Part shown: in pieces, positions 8,923 through 17,570 of the stretch
Position numbering within the stretch: the first letter of the stretch is position 1
Layout: every line of letters begins with the position of its first letter
From: a virus
Taxonomy: Duplodnaviria > Caudoviricetes
DNA: 28,023 bases
IMG/VR virus record: IMGVR_UViG_3300030095_006154
Span: 1-28,023 of that record
Strand: one strand, 5' to 3'
The notes under the pieces: generated by a model
What the model was told of the DNA's origin: nothing
The model's input: only the letters and a program-made list of their open reading frames with translations
Databases searched by the model: none
Position numbers and translations under genes: made by a program

Positions 8923-10109
8923 TATCTTTTCTTACTGACGATACCGGTCTCCTCGTCTAAATAATATGCTCCGCTTGGAAGAGCTTCAAAAACAGCAAAC
9001 CCTGCTTCTCCTGCTGGAATACGAGTTGGGTTAGCACTTTGCCATACTTCTTGAATTTGTTCAGCAACAATTTGTGCATCTGTAATATTTGCATATTCAG
9101 GTAGTTTCTTTCCATCTGCATCATAGGCTACAGAAGTAAAACTATCTCTTGCACCTTGATCAGCTAAAATATTAGCTACGGCATCACCAACAAATTCAGC
9201 TCGTGATTTTTTAGCAGCTTCATTTTTTAATTCTTGAATTTTTATATCAGCTGCTGTTTTTTCTCTTTCTATTCTTTCTTCAAATTCTCTATCTTGTGCT
9301 TTTTCAAAAGATTGAATGCCTGATTCTATGCCTGCTTCTTTAATTTTTTCTGCACGGTTTAATAATTCTCTTCCTACTTTAGCATAATTTGATACAGGAT
9401 CTTTAGCAGAAGTAGCTATTTTATCCATTAAATTACCACCTCTTGCACTTGCTAAGTTCAAACCAAATTGAATCATAGCTTCATTTTTAGCAGCTTGTTT
9501 CTTTTTGTCTGTATCTTTACCAAGATATTTTTCAAAAATTTCTATCTTTTCTCTTATTGTGTCGTCTAAACTACCTGATTTAATTTGTTCTTTTAAATCT
9601 GTAATTTCTACAATTTCTTTTTCTTTTTTCTCAGGACCTTGTTGTTCATCTTCTTCATCTCTTTTCTTTTGTTCATCACTAGGTTTACTTCTGTTCTTCT
9701 CTATATCCTCCATACTAGGTTCTTCTTCCCCTGGTCTTACAACTTCAGGTTTAAAATTTAAATCTCCTAACCCACCATAGAAGGGAAGGTATTCAAACAA
9801 TCCAACTTTTCTTTCTGGATCTAGGGCTTTTATTTTTTTTGTAGCCGCATCAGCACCTGTTATATCTTCCATTGCTTGAGAATATAACCTACCATCTTTA
9901 TTAATTCCCATGATATTATACTCTCCACCAAAAGGATTTAAAAAATCAAAGAATTTACTGTAACCTGTTTTTACATCTTCTCTTGGTCTATATACTTCAG
10001 TGCCATCTTGTGCATAAAGAATTTTTTTTAATTCTCCATTTTTCATTTTAGCAAACATAGGTCTGTCTAAAACTTTTTTGTTTGATTTTTGTATATTATT
10101 TAAACCCAT
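8922..10109 (-). CDS. Putative internal virion protein (charged, coiled-coil)
   Basis: 395 aa, E/K-rich, N-terminal LDRPMF motif, central MIQFGLNLAS helix; lies between ejection-type genes. Confidence 0.6.
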   Translation of the reverse strand: MGLNNIQKSNKKVLDRPMFAKMKNGELKKILYAQDGTEVYRPREDVKTGYSKFFDFLNPFGGEYNIMGINKDGRLYSQAMEDITGADAATKKIKALDPERKVGLFEYLPFYGGLGDLNFKPEVVRPGEEEPSMEDIEKNRSKPSDEQKKRDEEDEQQGPEKKEKEIVEITDLKEQIKSGSLDDTIREKIEIFEKYLGKDTDKKKQAAKNEAMIQFGLNLASARGGNLMDKIATSAKDPVSNYAKVGRELLNRAEKIKEAGIESGIQSFEKAQDREFEERIEREKTAADIKIQELKNEAAKKSRAEFVGDAVANILADQGARDSFTSVAYDADGKKLPEYANITDAQIVAEQIQEVWQSANPTRIPAGEAGFAVFEALPSGAYYLDEETGIVSKKR

Positions 10110-10110
10110 T

Positions 10111-11094
10111 TTAATTACCTTGGAATTGATTGTATGCTCCTAGTCCTGCAATACCAAGTCCTAATGCTTGAGCAAATGGATTGGTTGAAGGTTGTTGAGT
10201 ATACTGATATTGACCACTTGGAACTCCTCGTAAAATATCACTAGCAAATCCAAGTCTGGTAAATGGTTCACGTTGTGCCATTATTTGTTGTTGTCTTTCA
10301 GCATCCAACATTCCTTGACCTAGTTGTTGTTTCATACCACCTATACCTAGAAGTGATTGGATATCTTGTTGACCTAGTTGTTGACCAAGAGCGCCGAGTC
10401 CAGCCATAGTTTTACCTGTGCTTGCTTGACCTAAACCTAGTTGACCTAAACCTTGACCTGCTTGTAATGCTCTTCGTTGTTGGTCAGCAAATGATCCCAT
10501 TGCTGCACCTTGTGCTTGTTGAAAGTTTCTAGATAAGTCTTCAAAAATTCTTCTTGATTTTATGTCTTGTAAATTTTTACCAAGTTCTGCTTCTTGAACA
10601 CCCATACGTGATCCTCCAAAAGCACCTACTTGTTGTGCTTGAGAAGCTAAACCTTGTTTAGCAATATCAGCTTGACGATCATATTCTTTAAGAGCTTCTT
10701 GTGTTACACTTTGTTGATAAGGATTCATGAAAGCTTGTGCCTGATTAGGATTATAGGCTTGTGCTCCGCTTAATAATTGTCCTGCTCCAATAGCTTGTGT
10801 AGTAGCACCAAGTCCCGCTTGTTGTTGTGCTTGTTGTAAGTACGGCGCATACGAACCAATGCCTTGGCTAGCTAAAGAAAATGCTTGTTGCTGTTCTGGT
10901 GAAAAACCTGCAAATTTAAATTGTGGAACAGGTTGAGATATACCTGCTCTACCAAACTTTCGTAAGTTAAAAGCTTCATCGGTTTCACCCGCTTTTTTTA
11001 CAGCGCTTGGGTCTCCATATACGGAGGTTAATAATTGTTCTGCTCTTTTTTCAATATAAGGTGGTTGTGCAGTAATATTTGTGGTTGTAACCAT
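10111..11094 (-). CDS. Gln/Gly/Ala-rich putative DNA transfer (pilot-like) protein
   Basis: 327 aa with FMNPYQQ.V and GAFGGSR motifs, Q-rich helices and a C-terminal hydrophobic ALGLGIAGLGAY. Confidence 0.65.
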   Translation of the reverse strand: MVTTTNITAQPPYIEKRAEQLLTSVYGDPSAVKKAGETDEAFNLRKFGRAGISQPVPQFKFAGFSPEQQQAFSLASQGIGSYAPYLQQAQQQAGLGATTQAIGAGQLLSGAQAYNPNQAQAFMNPYQQSVTQEALKEYDRQADIAKQGLASQAQQVGAFGGSRMGVQEAELGKNLQDIKSRRIFEDLSRNFQQAQGAAMGSFADQQRRALQAGQGLGQLGLGQASTGKTMAGLGALGQQLGQQDIQSLLGIGGMKQQLGQGMLDAERQQQIMAQREPFTRLGFASDILRGVPSGQYQYTQQPSTNPFAQALGLGIAGLGAYNQFQGN

Positions 11095-11927
11095 TATGCT
11101 TTTCCTCCATAATTATTTTGTATACTGTATAAAAATTTTGATCCTCTATTTCTTTCATCTTCTCTTCCTTTAGCACCCATTGCTGCTCCAAGTCCTCGAA
11201 CTGTTCTTGCATTAATAACAAATTCTCCATCACTTAACATAGCAGGAATTTCATCACTTGTCTCGGTTCCTGGTCCCGCTATCTTACCATTCTTACGAGG
11301 AAAGTCTCCACCGTCTGCTAAACTTATTATTCCCCCATTAGCTAAACTAAAACCATAGGGTTTATTAGCACCACCATAAGGTATTAATTGAGGAGGTGCA
11401 ATATTCGCTTGACCTAAATCTCTAAAGCCTGCATATTTTCCATATACGTCTTCATATTCTGATGTTGCTTCTTCTTCACCACCAAGACCTGCAGCACCCG
11501 CTACACCTAAACCTAATAATGCGGATTTAATTGGATTGGCTTTTACATATCCCAAACCTTTACTTAACATTGATGCCATTGGACCTTTAGTTGGAGCTGC
11601 TTTTGTTAAGGCACCACCTGCTCCTTGAATTAGTCCTGAACCAGCAGCACCTCCTGTGGTTCCAGTTCCTACTAGAGGAGCAGTCCTTCCTAATAAGCCA
11701 CCTAATCCTTGACCAGCTGTGAGACCTCCAAATTTACTAAGAGCTCCTCCTGCTAATCCTGACATTGCTGCAAATTTAAGAGCTTCTTGTGGGCTTTTAC
11801 CACCAACCAAACTTCCAAGTCCACCACCAATGGCGGAACCTAGCATTGGGCTTCCGTATAAAAATCCTAATCCTGCACCTACTACGGGTGCTATTTTTTT
11901 TGCTGCTTTAAAAATCTTCTTTAGCAT
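11094..11927 (-). CDS. Gly-rich putative DNA transfer/internal virion protein (start revised to ATG 11927, MLKKIFK...)
   Basis: SD AAGGAG (11936-11931) precedes ATG 11927. Amphipathic N-terminus, glycine-zipper segments, C-terminal GPGTETSDEIPAMLSDGEFV motif. Confidence 0.7.
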   Translation of the reverse strand: MLKKIFKAAKKIAPVVGAGLGFLYGSPMLGSAIGGGLGSLVGGKSPQEALKFAAMSGLAGGALSKFGGLTAGQGLGGLLGRTAPLVGTGTTGGAAGSGLIQGAGGALTKAAPTKGPMASMLSKGLGYVKANPIKSALLGLGVAGAAGLGGEEEATSEYEDVYGKYAGFRDLGQANIAPPQLIPYGGANKPYGFSLANGGIISLADGGDFPRKNGKIAGPGTETSDEIPAMLSDGEFVINARTVRGLGAAMGAKGREDERNRGSKFLYSIQNNYGGKA

Positions 11928-11993
11928 GTTCTCCTTTTGCAAGTCATGATTGTGTGGTATAAGCAAGGAGGCTAAACTTGTAGAAATGCCAAT
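11928..11993 (-). promoter_or_regulatory. Candidate structured 5' leader with anti-Shine-Dalgarno element
   Basis: On the - strand RNA, CUCCUU(GC) (11970-11963) is complementary to the SD region (GC)AAAAGGAG (11940-11931), and CAAGUU (11980-11975) pairs with GACUUG (11945-11940). Confidence 0.4.
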
Positions 11994-12004
11994 TTAATTA
12001 TATA

Positions 12005-12033
12005 TTTATAGGCAAATTATTGCTATATGACAA
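12005..12033 (-). promoter_or_regulatory. Putative sigma70-type promoter for the internal virion protein operon
   Basis: TTGTCA (12033-12028), 17 bp spacer, TATAAA (12010-12005) in a divergent intergenic region. Confidence 0.55.
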
Positions 12034-12063
12034 TAGATATTTATAGCTAACCGAAAGGAAAGA

Positions 12064-12207
12064 ATGATGGCTACTAAAAAAACACCCACTCCTGTAGTTC
12101 CCGCACCTCCATATGGAAGACCTTTAAATAAAGATGAAATAGAATTTGTAAAAGAAAATATAAAAAAACTACAAGAATATGGGCAAAAGAAAAAGAAAAA
12201 GAAATGA
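12064..12207 (+). CDS. Small basic hypothetical protein (47 aa, below the ORF-track cutoff)
   Basis: MMATKKTPTPVVPAPPYGRPLNKDEIEFVKENIKKLQEYGQKKKKKK*. SD-like AAAGGAA at 12054-12060; stop overlaps the next start (ATGA 12204-12207). Confidence 0.7.
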   Translation: MMATKKTPTPVVPAPPYGRPLNKDEIEFVKENIKKLQEYGQKKKKKK

Positions 12208-12875
12208 GTAAGGAAAAAACTAAAGTAGATTTTCACGCAATTAGACCTTTTGGTCCTACAATATTACAGGGAAAACTACCGGATCAGTTAATTAAAATAC
12301 TTGATGATAGAGCAACAGAGTTGTTTGATGATGAAAAATTATCAAAAGAATATGATCATTCAATGAATTTAGCGGGTAATGTCAAACAAGAAGTTCGTTA
12401 TCCTACTGAAGATTTAGGGGGTAAAGAATTCAAACCTTTAATAGATGCTATAGGTCAAATTGTTAAACAATATATATCTATACCTCCAGCTAGTGATACC
12501 ATATCACCTGCATTTGTAGGTTCAATGGTTATTGAATCTATGTGGGCCGTGAGCCAATGGTCGGGAGACTTTAATCCTTTTCATATACACCAAGGAGAAT
12601 TATCGGGTGTAATTTATTTACGGGTACCACCTAGTTTAAAAGAAGAATATAAAAAAGAAGATCACTATCCTTGTGTAGGAGATATAATTTGGCATTGTGG
12701 TCAAGCTGCAACTTTTAGCGGACACAAACATCAAGCAACCCCTGAAGTTGGAGCAATTTATCTTTTTCCTTCTTGGTTATCACATGGTGTTTATCCATTT
12801 AGAACACAAAACGAAGAAAGAAGATCGGTGTCTTTTAATTTACATTTAAAGAAAAAAGAACCTATTAATGATTGA
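12204..12875 (+). CDS. Putative 2OG-Fe(II) oxygenase (TIGR02466-like)
   Basis: W...FNPFHIH..LSGVIYL...FPSWLSHGVYP...RRSVSFN. Confidence 0.85.
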   Translation: MSKEKTKVDFHAIRPFGPTILQGKLPDQLIKILDDRATELFDDEKLSKEYDHSMNLAGNVKQEVRYPTEDLGGKEFKPLIDAIGQIVKQYISIPPASDTISPAFVGSMVIESMWAVSQWSGDFNPFHIHQGELSGVIYLRVPPSLKEEYKKEDHYPCVGDIIWHCGQAATFSGHKHQATPEVGAIYLFPSWLSHGVYPFRTQNEERRSVSFNLHLKKKEPIND

Positions 12876-13149
12876 CATTGATAAAGTTCCAATGGTCCGT
12901 GTGACGTGGCTCGATGCCCGTGATACAGAAACCGGGTGGCTTGACATAAAAGAAATTATTAATGCACCGTTGGCCGTGTGCCAAGAAGTAGGTTGGATGA
13001 TTACTAATAATGATGAAAGAATAGTTATTATGAGATCTTACAGTAAAGACAAAGACGATGTATCTGGAGGAGGTGCTATTGCCATACCTAAAGGATGGAT
13101 AACAAAAATAGAATATTTAGAGGTAAGTTATGCAAGAAATAATTCTTAA
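12868..13149 (+). CDS. Conserved-looking phage hypothetical protein
   Basis: V.W.DA...GW...C..VGW...IPKGWI.KIE pattern recalled from small phage proteins; coupled to neighbours. Confidence 0.65.
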   Translation: MIDIDKVPMVRVTWLDARDTETGWLDIKEIINAPLAVCQEVGWMITNNDERIVIMRSYSKDKDDVSGGGAIAIPKGWITKIEYLEVSYARNNS

Positions 13150-13651
13150 AAAATTAAGTGTTATAAAGACAAGTGTTAACATTGAATTATTAAATATAAT
13201 TAATCAATATGTAAAAGAACACGGGGACAAATTTAAAAGTAGAAAATGGAATTGTAATTCTGCAACATCTCATAATTTATGTCATAATATATTACATGAT
13301 GTTATTGAGTTTAAAAATGTTAGAGAAGCCATACACGAACAATTAGCTATTTATTTTGAGGCAGTTCAAAAAAGAAGTATTCCGTTTTTAATAAATGAAT
13401 CTTGGATAAACATAATTGATAAATGGGGATATCAAGAATTTCATGAACATAGTCCTGCCTTTGTTGCAGGAGTTTTATACATATCCGAACAAAACTCAGA
13501 CATAGAATTTGCTACTTTTCCTAGTAGTAGTAAAACATTAATTACTCCTAAAAAAGGAGATTTATTATTTTTTGAGGGCAATGTTTTTCATAGAGTCATT
13601 GACTCAGATAAAAAACGAATTTCTTTAGCTTTTAATATTTATGCACCATAG
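13130..13651 (+). CDS. Putative 2OG-Fe(II) oxygenase (TIGR02466-like)
   Basis: SWIN....YQEFHEH...GVLY...GDLLFF....HRV...KRISLAFN. Confidence 0.82.
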   Translation: MQEIILKKLSVIKTSVNIELLNIINQYVKEHGDKFKSRKWNCNSATSHNLCHNILHDVIEFKNVREAIHEQLAIYFEAVQKRSIPFLINESWINIIDKWGYQEFHEHSPAFVAGVLYISEQNSDIEFATFPSSSKTLITPKKGDLLFFEGNVFHRVIDSDKKRISLAFNIYAP

Positions 13652-14159
13652 TAAAAATACAAAATTTGTAATGTATGTTGATGATTTTTTAGATGAAGCT
13701 ACATTAAAATCCTTACAAGATACTCTTATGAATTTAAACTATACTCAAGTAGATAATCCACAAGGTCAAGTGTATGGTCAGAGACACACTTTTCCTAAAA
13801 GTTTTCACAATGATCCATTGTTAAAGTTAATTAAACAATATTTTTTTCCGCACAGGAACCTTGAGCCGATATCCGTGAGTGCTCATTATAGACAGAATAA
13901 AGATGAGCCTTTGTTTCATACAGATGATGACAAAGGAAATGTTGCAAACTTTCTTTTATTTGTTAAGGGAGAACCCCTCCTTAATAATGGCACTGGGTTT
14001 ATGCATAACAATCAATTATCTTCTCACATAGGTTTTGTAGAAAATAGAGCTTTGTTTTTTAATGGCATGAAAATACCACATTCAGATTTACAATCTTTCG
14101 GTGATAGCTCTAATAGAGCTACACTTAATATTTTTTATAAGGAACATGAAACGAAATGA
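13641..14159 (+). CDS. Putative 2OG-Fe(II) oxygenase
   Basis: VDDFL start, HTD, NGTGF, NRALFF....H, RATLN. Confidence 0.8.
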   Translation: MHHSKNTKFVMYVDDFLDEATLKSLQDTLMNLNYTQVDNPQGQVYGQRHTFPKSFHNDPLLKLIKQYFFPHRNLEPISVSAHYRQNKDEPLFHTDDDKGNVANFLLFVKGEPLLNNGTGFMHNNQLSSHIGFVENRALFFNGMKIPHSDLQSFGDSSNRATLNIFYKEHETK

Positions 14160-14941
14160 ATAAAATATTTATAGGAACTCCTTGTTATGGTGGAATGATA
14201 ACAGCAGATTATTTTAAAAGTTGTTTGCAACTTATTGCTTTAGCCGCTCAAAAAAAAATAGAAATACAAATTGGTACAATCGGTAATGAATCATTAATAA
14301 CACGAGCTCGTAATACTTTAGTTCAATTATTTATGGATGAAAAAAAATATACTCATCTTTTATTTATTGATGCTGATATTGCTTTTAATCCTGAATCAGT
14401 TTTTCGTATGTTAGATTTAGATAAAGATGTGATAACAGGTGTTTATCCTCGTAAACTAATTGATTGGACAAAAGTTAAAAGAAGGGTGATTGAAAACCCT
14501 AATATAAAAGAAGATGAATTGCACGCAGCTTCTTTGCAATATAATTTAAATGTTAAAGATCCTAATAATGTTAAAGTTGAAAAAGGATTTATTGAAGTAT
14601 TAGACGGTGCAACAGGTTTTATGTTAATAAAAAGACAAGTGTTTGAGAAAATGGCTAAGGCCTATCCTGATTTAAAATTTAAATCTGACCAACATTTAAA
14701 TCAACCACATGATACAGAATTTAACTATCATGATACATCTGATTGGAACTACGCATTTTTTGATACTATGGTGGAACCAGAAACTAAAAGATATTTATCT
14801 GAAGATTATTCTTTTTGCCGTTTATGGCAGAAAATAGGTGGTAAAATATATGCGGATATTCTTAGCGGTATGACTCACTTTGGTAATTACCCTTTCAAAG
14901 GTAATGTAGCCACTCAATTCTTGCCACAAAACAATAAATAA
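14156..14941 (+). CDS. GT-A fold glycosyltransferase
   Basis: IGTPCYGG, ESLITRARN, LLFIDADI (DxD), ATGFMLIKR, YLSEDYSFC (ED acceptor-site motif). Confidence 0.85.
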   Translation: MNKIFIGTPCYGGMITADYFKSCLQLIALAAQKKIEIQIGTIGNESLITRARNTLVQLFMDEKKYTHLLFIDADIAFNPESVFRMLDLDKDVITGVYPRKLIDWTKVKRRVIENPNIKEDELHAASLQYNLNVKDPNNVKVEKGFIEVLDGATGFMLIKRQVFEKMAKAYPDLKFKSDQHLNQPHDTEFNYHDTSDWNYAFFDTMVEPETKRYLSEDYSFCRLWQKIGGKIYADILSGMTHFGNYPFKGNVATQFLPQNNK

Positions 14942-14952
14942 TTTAGTATACT
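14921..14952 (+). promoter_or_regulatory. Putative sigma70-type promoter immediately upstream of the tail-hub gene
   Basis: TTGCCA (14921-14926), 17 bp, TAGTAT (14944-14949), overlapping TATACT (14947-14952). No SD before ATG 14958. Confidence 0.45.
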
Positions 14953-14957
14953 CCAAC

Positions 14958-16802
14958 ATGAAATTAACTGATTTAAAGTTCCAACCAGGTATAGATAAAC
15001 AAGATACTGCTTACGCAGCAGGGGATTTACGACGTTATGTAGATTCTAATTTTGTACGGTTTCATTATGGGAAACCTGAAAGATGGGGCGGTTGGACATA
15101 CTTACCAGATCCTAATAAAAGTGTTGTTGGAATAGTTCGTGATACGCACAGCTGGATTGGTTTAGACGGAACCAGGTACCTTGCTTTAGGCACTGATAGA
15201 AAATTATATTTATTCTCAGGTGGTGGTTTTACTGATATTACTCCTATTAGAGAAACAGCTTCTTTAACCAATCCTTTTACAACAAATGGCACTACTACAG
15301 TAACTGTTACAGATGCAGCCCATGGCGCTGCTGAAGGTGATTTTGTAACCTTTGATTCTTTTTCAGCTATTGATGGTTTAGATATGAATCAAGAGTTTGA
15401 AATTACAACGTATGTAGATGCTAGTACATATAAAGTTACTCATACTAGCACAGCTTCTGGATCAACTTCAGGAGGTGGAGGAACAGGAAATGCTAATTAT
15501 CAAATAACTACAGGACCTGCTACTTCTACTTTTGGATATGGTTGGGGAACTCTAACATGGAATTTAAGCACTTGGAACACTCCTAGATCAAGTTCAAGTC
15601 TTGTATTGTCAGCACGTCAATGGTCTTTAGATAATTTTGGAGAAGATTTAATTGCTACTGCTTTAAATGGTGGTACTTTTATTTGGGACACATCAGGTGG
15701 ATTAGGATCTAGAGCAACAGCTTTATCCAATGCACCAACAGCTTCTAGATTTAGTTTGGTTTCTACAGATACTAGACACTTATTAATTTTTGGAACAGAA
15801 ACAACAATTGGAAATACTGGAACTCAAGATGATTTGTTTTTTAGATTTTCTGATAGAGAAGATGCTACTGATTATACTCCTGTAGCTACTAATGAAGCAG
15901 GTTCCCTTCGTATTTCTGATGGTTCTAGAATAATGGGTGCTGTAAAATCTGCGGGTCAGATACTTGTTTGGACCGATACATCTTTACATGGTATTCAATT
16001 TGTTGGTACTCCATTTACTTTTGGAATGAGACAACTTGGTGCTAACTGTGGATTAATAGCACAACATGCAGCAATAGAAGTAAATGGAAAAGCGTATTGG
16101 ATGTCGGATGATTCCTTTTATTTGTATGATGGTGTTGTTAAAAAAATGCCTTGTTCTGTGCAAGATTATGTATTTGATGATCTTAGTTATACAAACAAAA
16201 ATGATATCGCCGTTGGATTAAACACAGCCTTTAATGAAATTATTTGGTACTACCCATCATCTAATGCAACACAAATAGATAGAGGTGTTGTTTACAATTA
16301 TTTAGAAAATACTTGGTACACAATAAGTTTAGCCAGAACAACCTGGCTCGGTGCTTATGTATATGAATTACCAATAGCCACAGAATATAGCACAAGTGTA
16401 ACAGCAAATGTATCTACTATATTAGGTTTGACCGCAGGAGCTTCGTATGTTTATGAACAGGAGACAGGTAATAATCAAGCTAATGGTGCAGCAATTACAG
16501 CTTTCTTAACTACAGGTTCAGTAGAAATAGGAGATGGGGACGAGTTAATGTCAGTTAGTAAATTAGTTCCTGACTTTGATAATTTATCAAACACCTTAAC
16601 AGCTACCTTAACTTTAAATCAATATCCACAATCCACTAATAGTGTTTCTACTTCAGGAACTATCTCTAGCACAACACAGAAAATTAATGTAAGAGGGAGA
16701 GGCAGGGCAGTAAAAATTAAATATGAAACTAACACAATTGATGACACAGCTTGGAGACTTGGATCAACAAAGTTACAACTTAGACAAGACGGTAGACGAT
16801 GA
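14958..16802 (+). CDS. Tail hub / packaged-DNA stabilization protein (P22 gp10-like)
   Basis: 614 aa, beta-rich. PGI.K..T.Y, VRF..G.PERWGGW, WSLDNFGEDL, RFSD.E, C-terminal RGRGR...WRLG...DGRR. Inserted TVT...HG...GDFV (FCCH-like) module. Confidence 0.75.
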   Translation: MKLTDLKFQPGIDKQDTAYAAGDLRRYVDSNFVRFHYGKPERWGGWTYLPDPNKSVVGIVRDTHSWIGLDGTRYLALGTDRKLYLFSGGGFTDITPIRETASLTNPFTTNGTTTVTVTDAAHGAAEGDFVTFDSFSAIDGLDMNQEFEITTYVDASTYKVTHTSTASGSTSGGGGTGNANYQITTGPATSTFGYGWGTLTWNLSTWNTPRSSSSLVLSARQWSLDNFGEDLIATALNGGTFIWDTSGGLGSRATALSNAPTASRFSLVSTDTRHLLIFGTETTIGNTGTQDDLFFRFSDREDATDYTPVATNEAGSLRISDGSRIMGAVKSAGQILVWTDTSLHGIQFVGTPFTFGMRQLGANCGLIAQHAAIEVNGKAYWMSDDSFYLYDGVVKKMPCSVQDYVFDDLSYTNKNDIAVGLNTAFNEIIWYYPSSNATQIDRGVVYNYLENTWYTISLARTTWLGAYVYELPIATEYSTSVTANVSTILGLTAGASYVYEQETGNNQANGAAITAFLTTGSVEIGDGDELMSVSKLVPDFDNLSNTLTATLTLNQYPQSTNSVSTSGTISSTTQKINVRGRGRAVKIKYETNTIDDTAWRLGSTKLQLRQDGRR

Positions 16803-17410
16803 TTGATAAACCTTTATATGATAATCCTTTAGGAGGAGGTGGTGCATCGCAAATAATAGATCCTAGTGTTATTACACCTAGAGGAGGTGCTGAAATGATT
16901 GATCCAATTATGCAAGGATTTCAAGATTCTGAGTTTCGTAAAAACGCTAACATGATGCAGCAAGACGCTGTGAATTTTAAATATAATGGCAAAGATATGA
17001 TGATGAATAGCTCAATGGCAGGAGCTTTTAAACAGTATTTAGATTCAATTGGTAAAGGAGATTTGTATGATTCAGGTTTACAGTTAAGCGGCCCTTTACA
17101 ACAAGTAGGAATAGATGATCAATTAAATCCATTGAACCCAGTGTCTGGTTACCAGCAAGCAACGCCAAGTACGCCTAATACTGAATCTTTTTCTCAAACT
17201 GTTGATCCTTACAACAGAATTGGACAACAGCTCACGGGCCCTAATCAAAATGAGATGCTTGGAACATTACAAAATATAGAAAAAGGTATAGCAAGTTTAG
17301 TTGCAAATTATGGACAAGACTTTAAAGGAAACAAATCATCCAACTATAAAGGTTTTGATAACTTTGATATAGGTGATTTTTTTCCACCTTACGGAGGAAT
17401 GTATGGCTAA
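16799..17410 (+). CDS. Low-complexity hypothetical protein (Q/P/D/M-rich)
   Basis: 203 aa ORF overlapping both neighbours; no motif recognised. Confidence 0.6.
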   Translation: MIDKPLYDNPLGGGGASQIIDPSVITPRGGAEMIDPIMQGFQDSEFRKNANMMQQDAVNFKYNGKDMMMNSSMAGAFKQYLDSIGKGDLYDSGLQLSGPLQQVGIDDQLNPLNPVSGYQQATPSTPNTESFSQTVDPYNRIGQQLTGPNQNEMLGTLQNIEKGIASLVANYGQDFKGNKSSNYKGFDNFDIGDFFPPYGGMYG

Positions 17411-17570
17411 AATAACAATTACAAGATTACCAAATGCAACATCAGAATATAGTGCTACTCAGTTTGACCAAATGATAAATTTGTTAGATCAAATTATTCT
17501 TTTGCTTAACACAAACTATCAAAACGAATTAAAATCAGAATCAGAGGCGGAGGCTTTTTTCTTTGGCTAA
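17403..17570 (+). CDS. Small putative virion protein (start revised to ATG 17403, MAKITITRLP...)
   Basis: SD GGAGGA at 17393-17398; LP.A..EY...Q...LLN pattern recalled for the small gene following gp10-like genes. Confidence 0.65.
   Translation: MAKITITRLPNATSEYSATQFDQMINLLDQIILLLNTNYQNELKSESEAEAFFFG

Noticed and set aside
3859-11949. Short ORFs nested in the internal-protein genes (3859, 4544, 5534, 5861, 6881, 8303, 9505, 11051, 11719)
   Set aside because: Antisense or off-frame overlaps of long coupled ORFs; composition mirrors reverse codon usage.
11928-11993. Assignment of the leader as a SAM-II/SAM-V riboswitch
   Set aside because: Lacks the UUGY-in-loop and RCUAAAA core, P1 is only 3 bp, and the downstream gene is unrelated to SAM metabolism. 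Kept only as an unclassified candidate.
12006-12236. 76 aa Phe-rich - strand ORF
   Set aside because: The poly-Phe is the reverse complement of the poly-Lys of the + strand 47 aa gene, which has an SD and ATGA coupling.
12547-12978. Local cluster of CCGTG pentamers
   Set aside because: About 15 CCGTG/CACGG sites counted by eye in the whole window, close to a rough expectation from base composition; all are within coding sequence.
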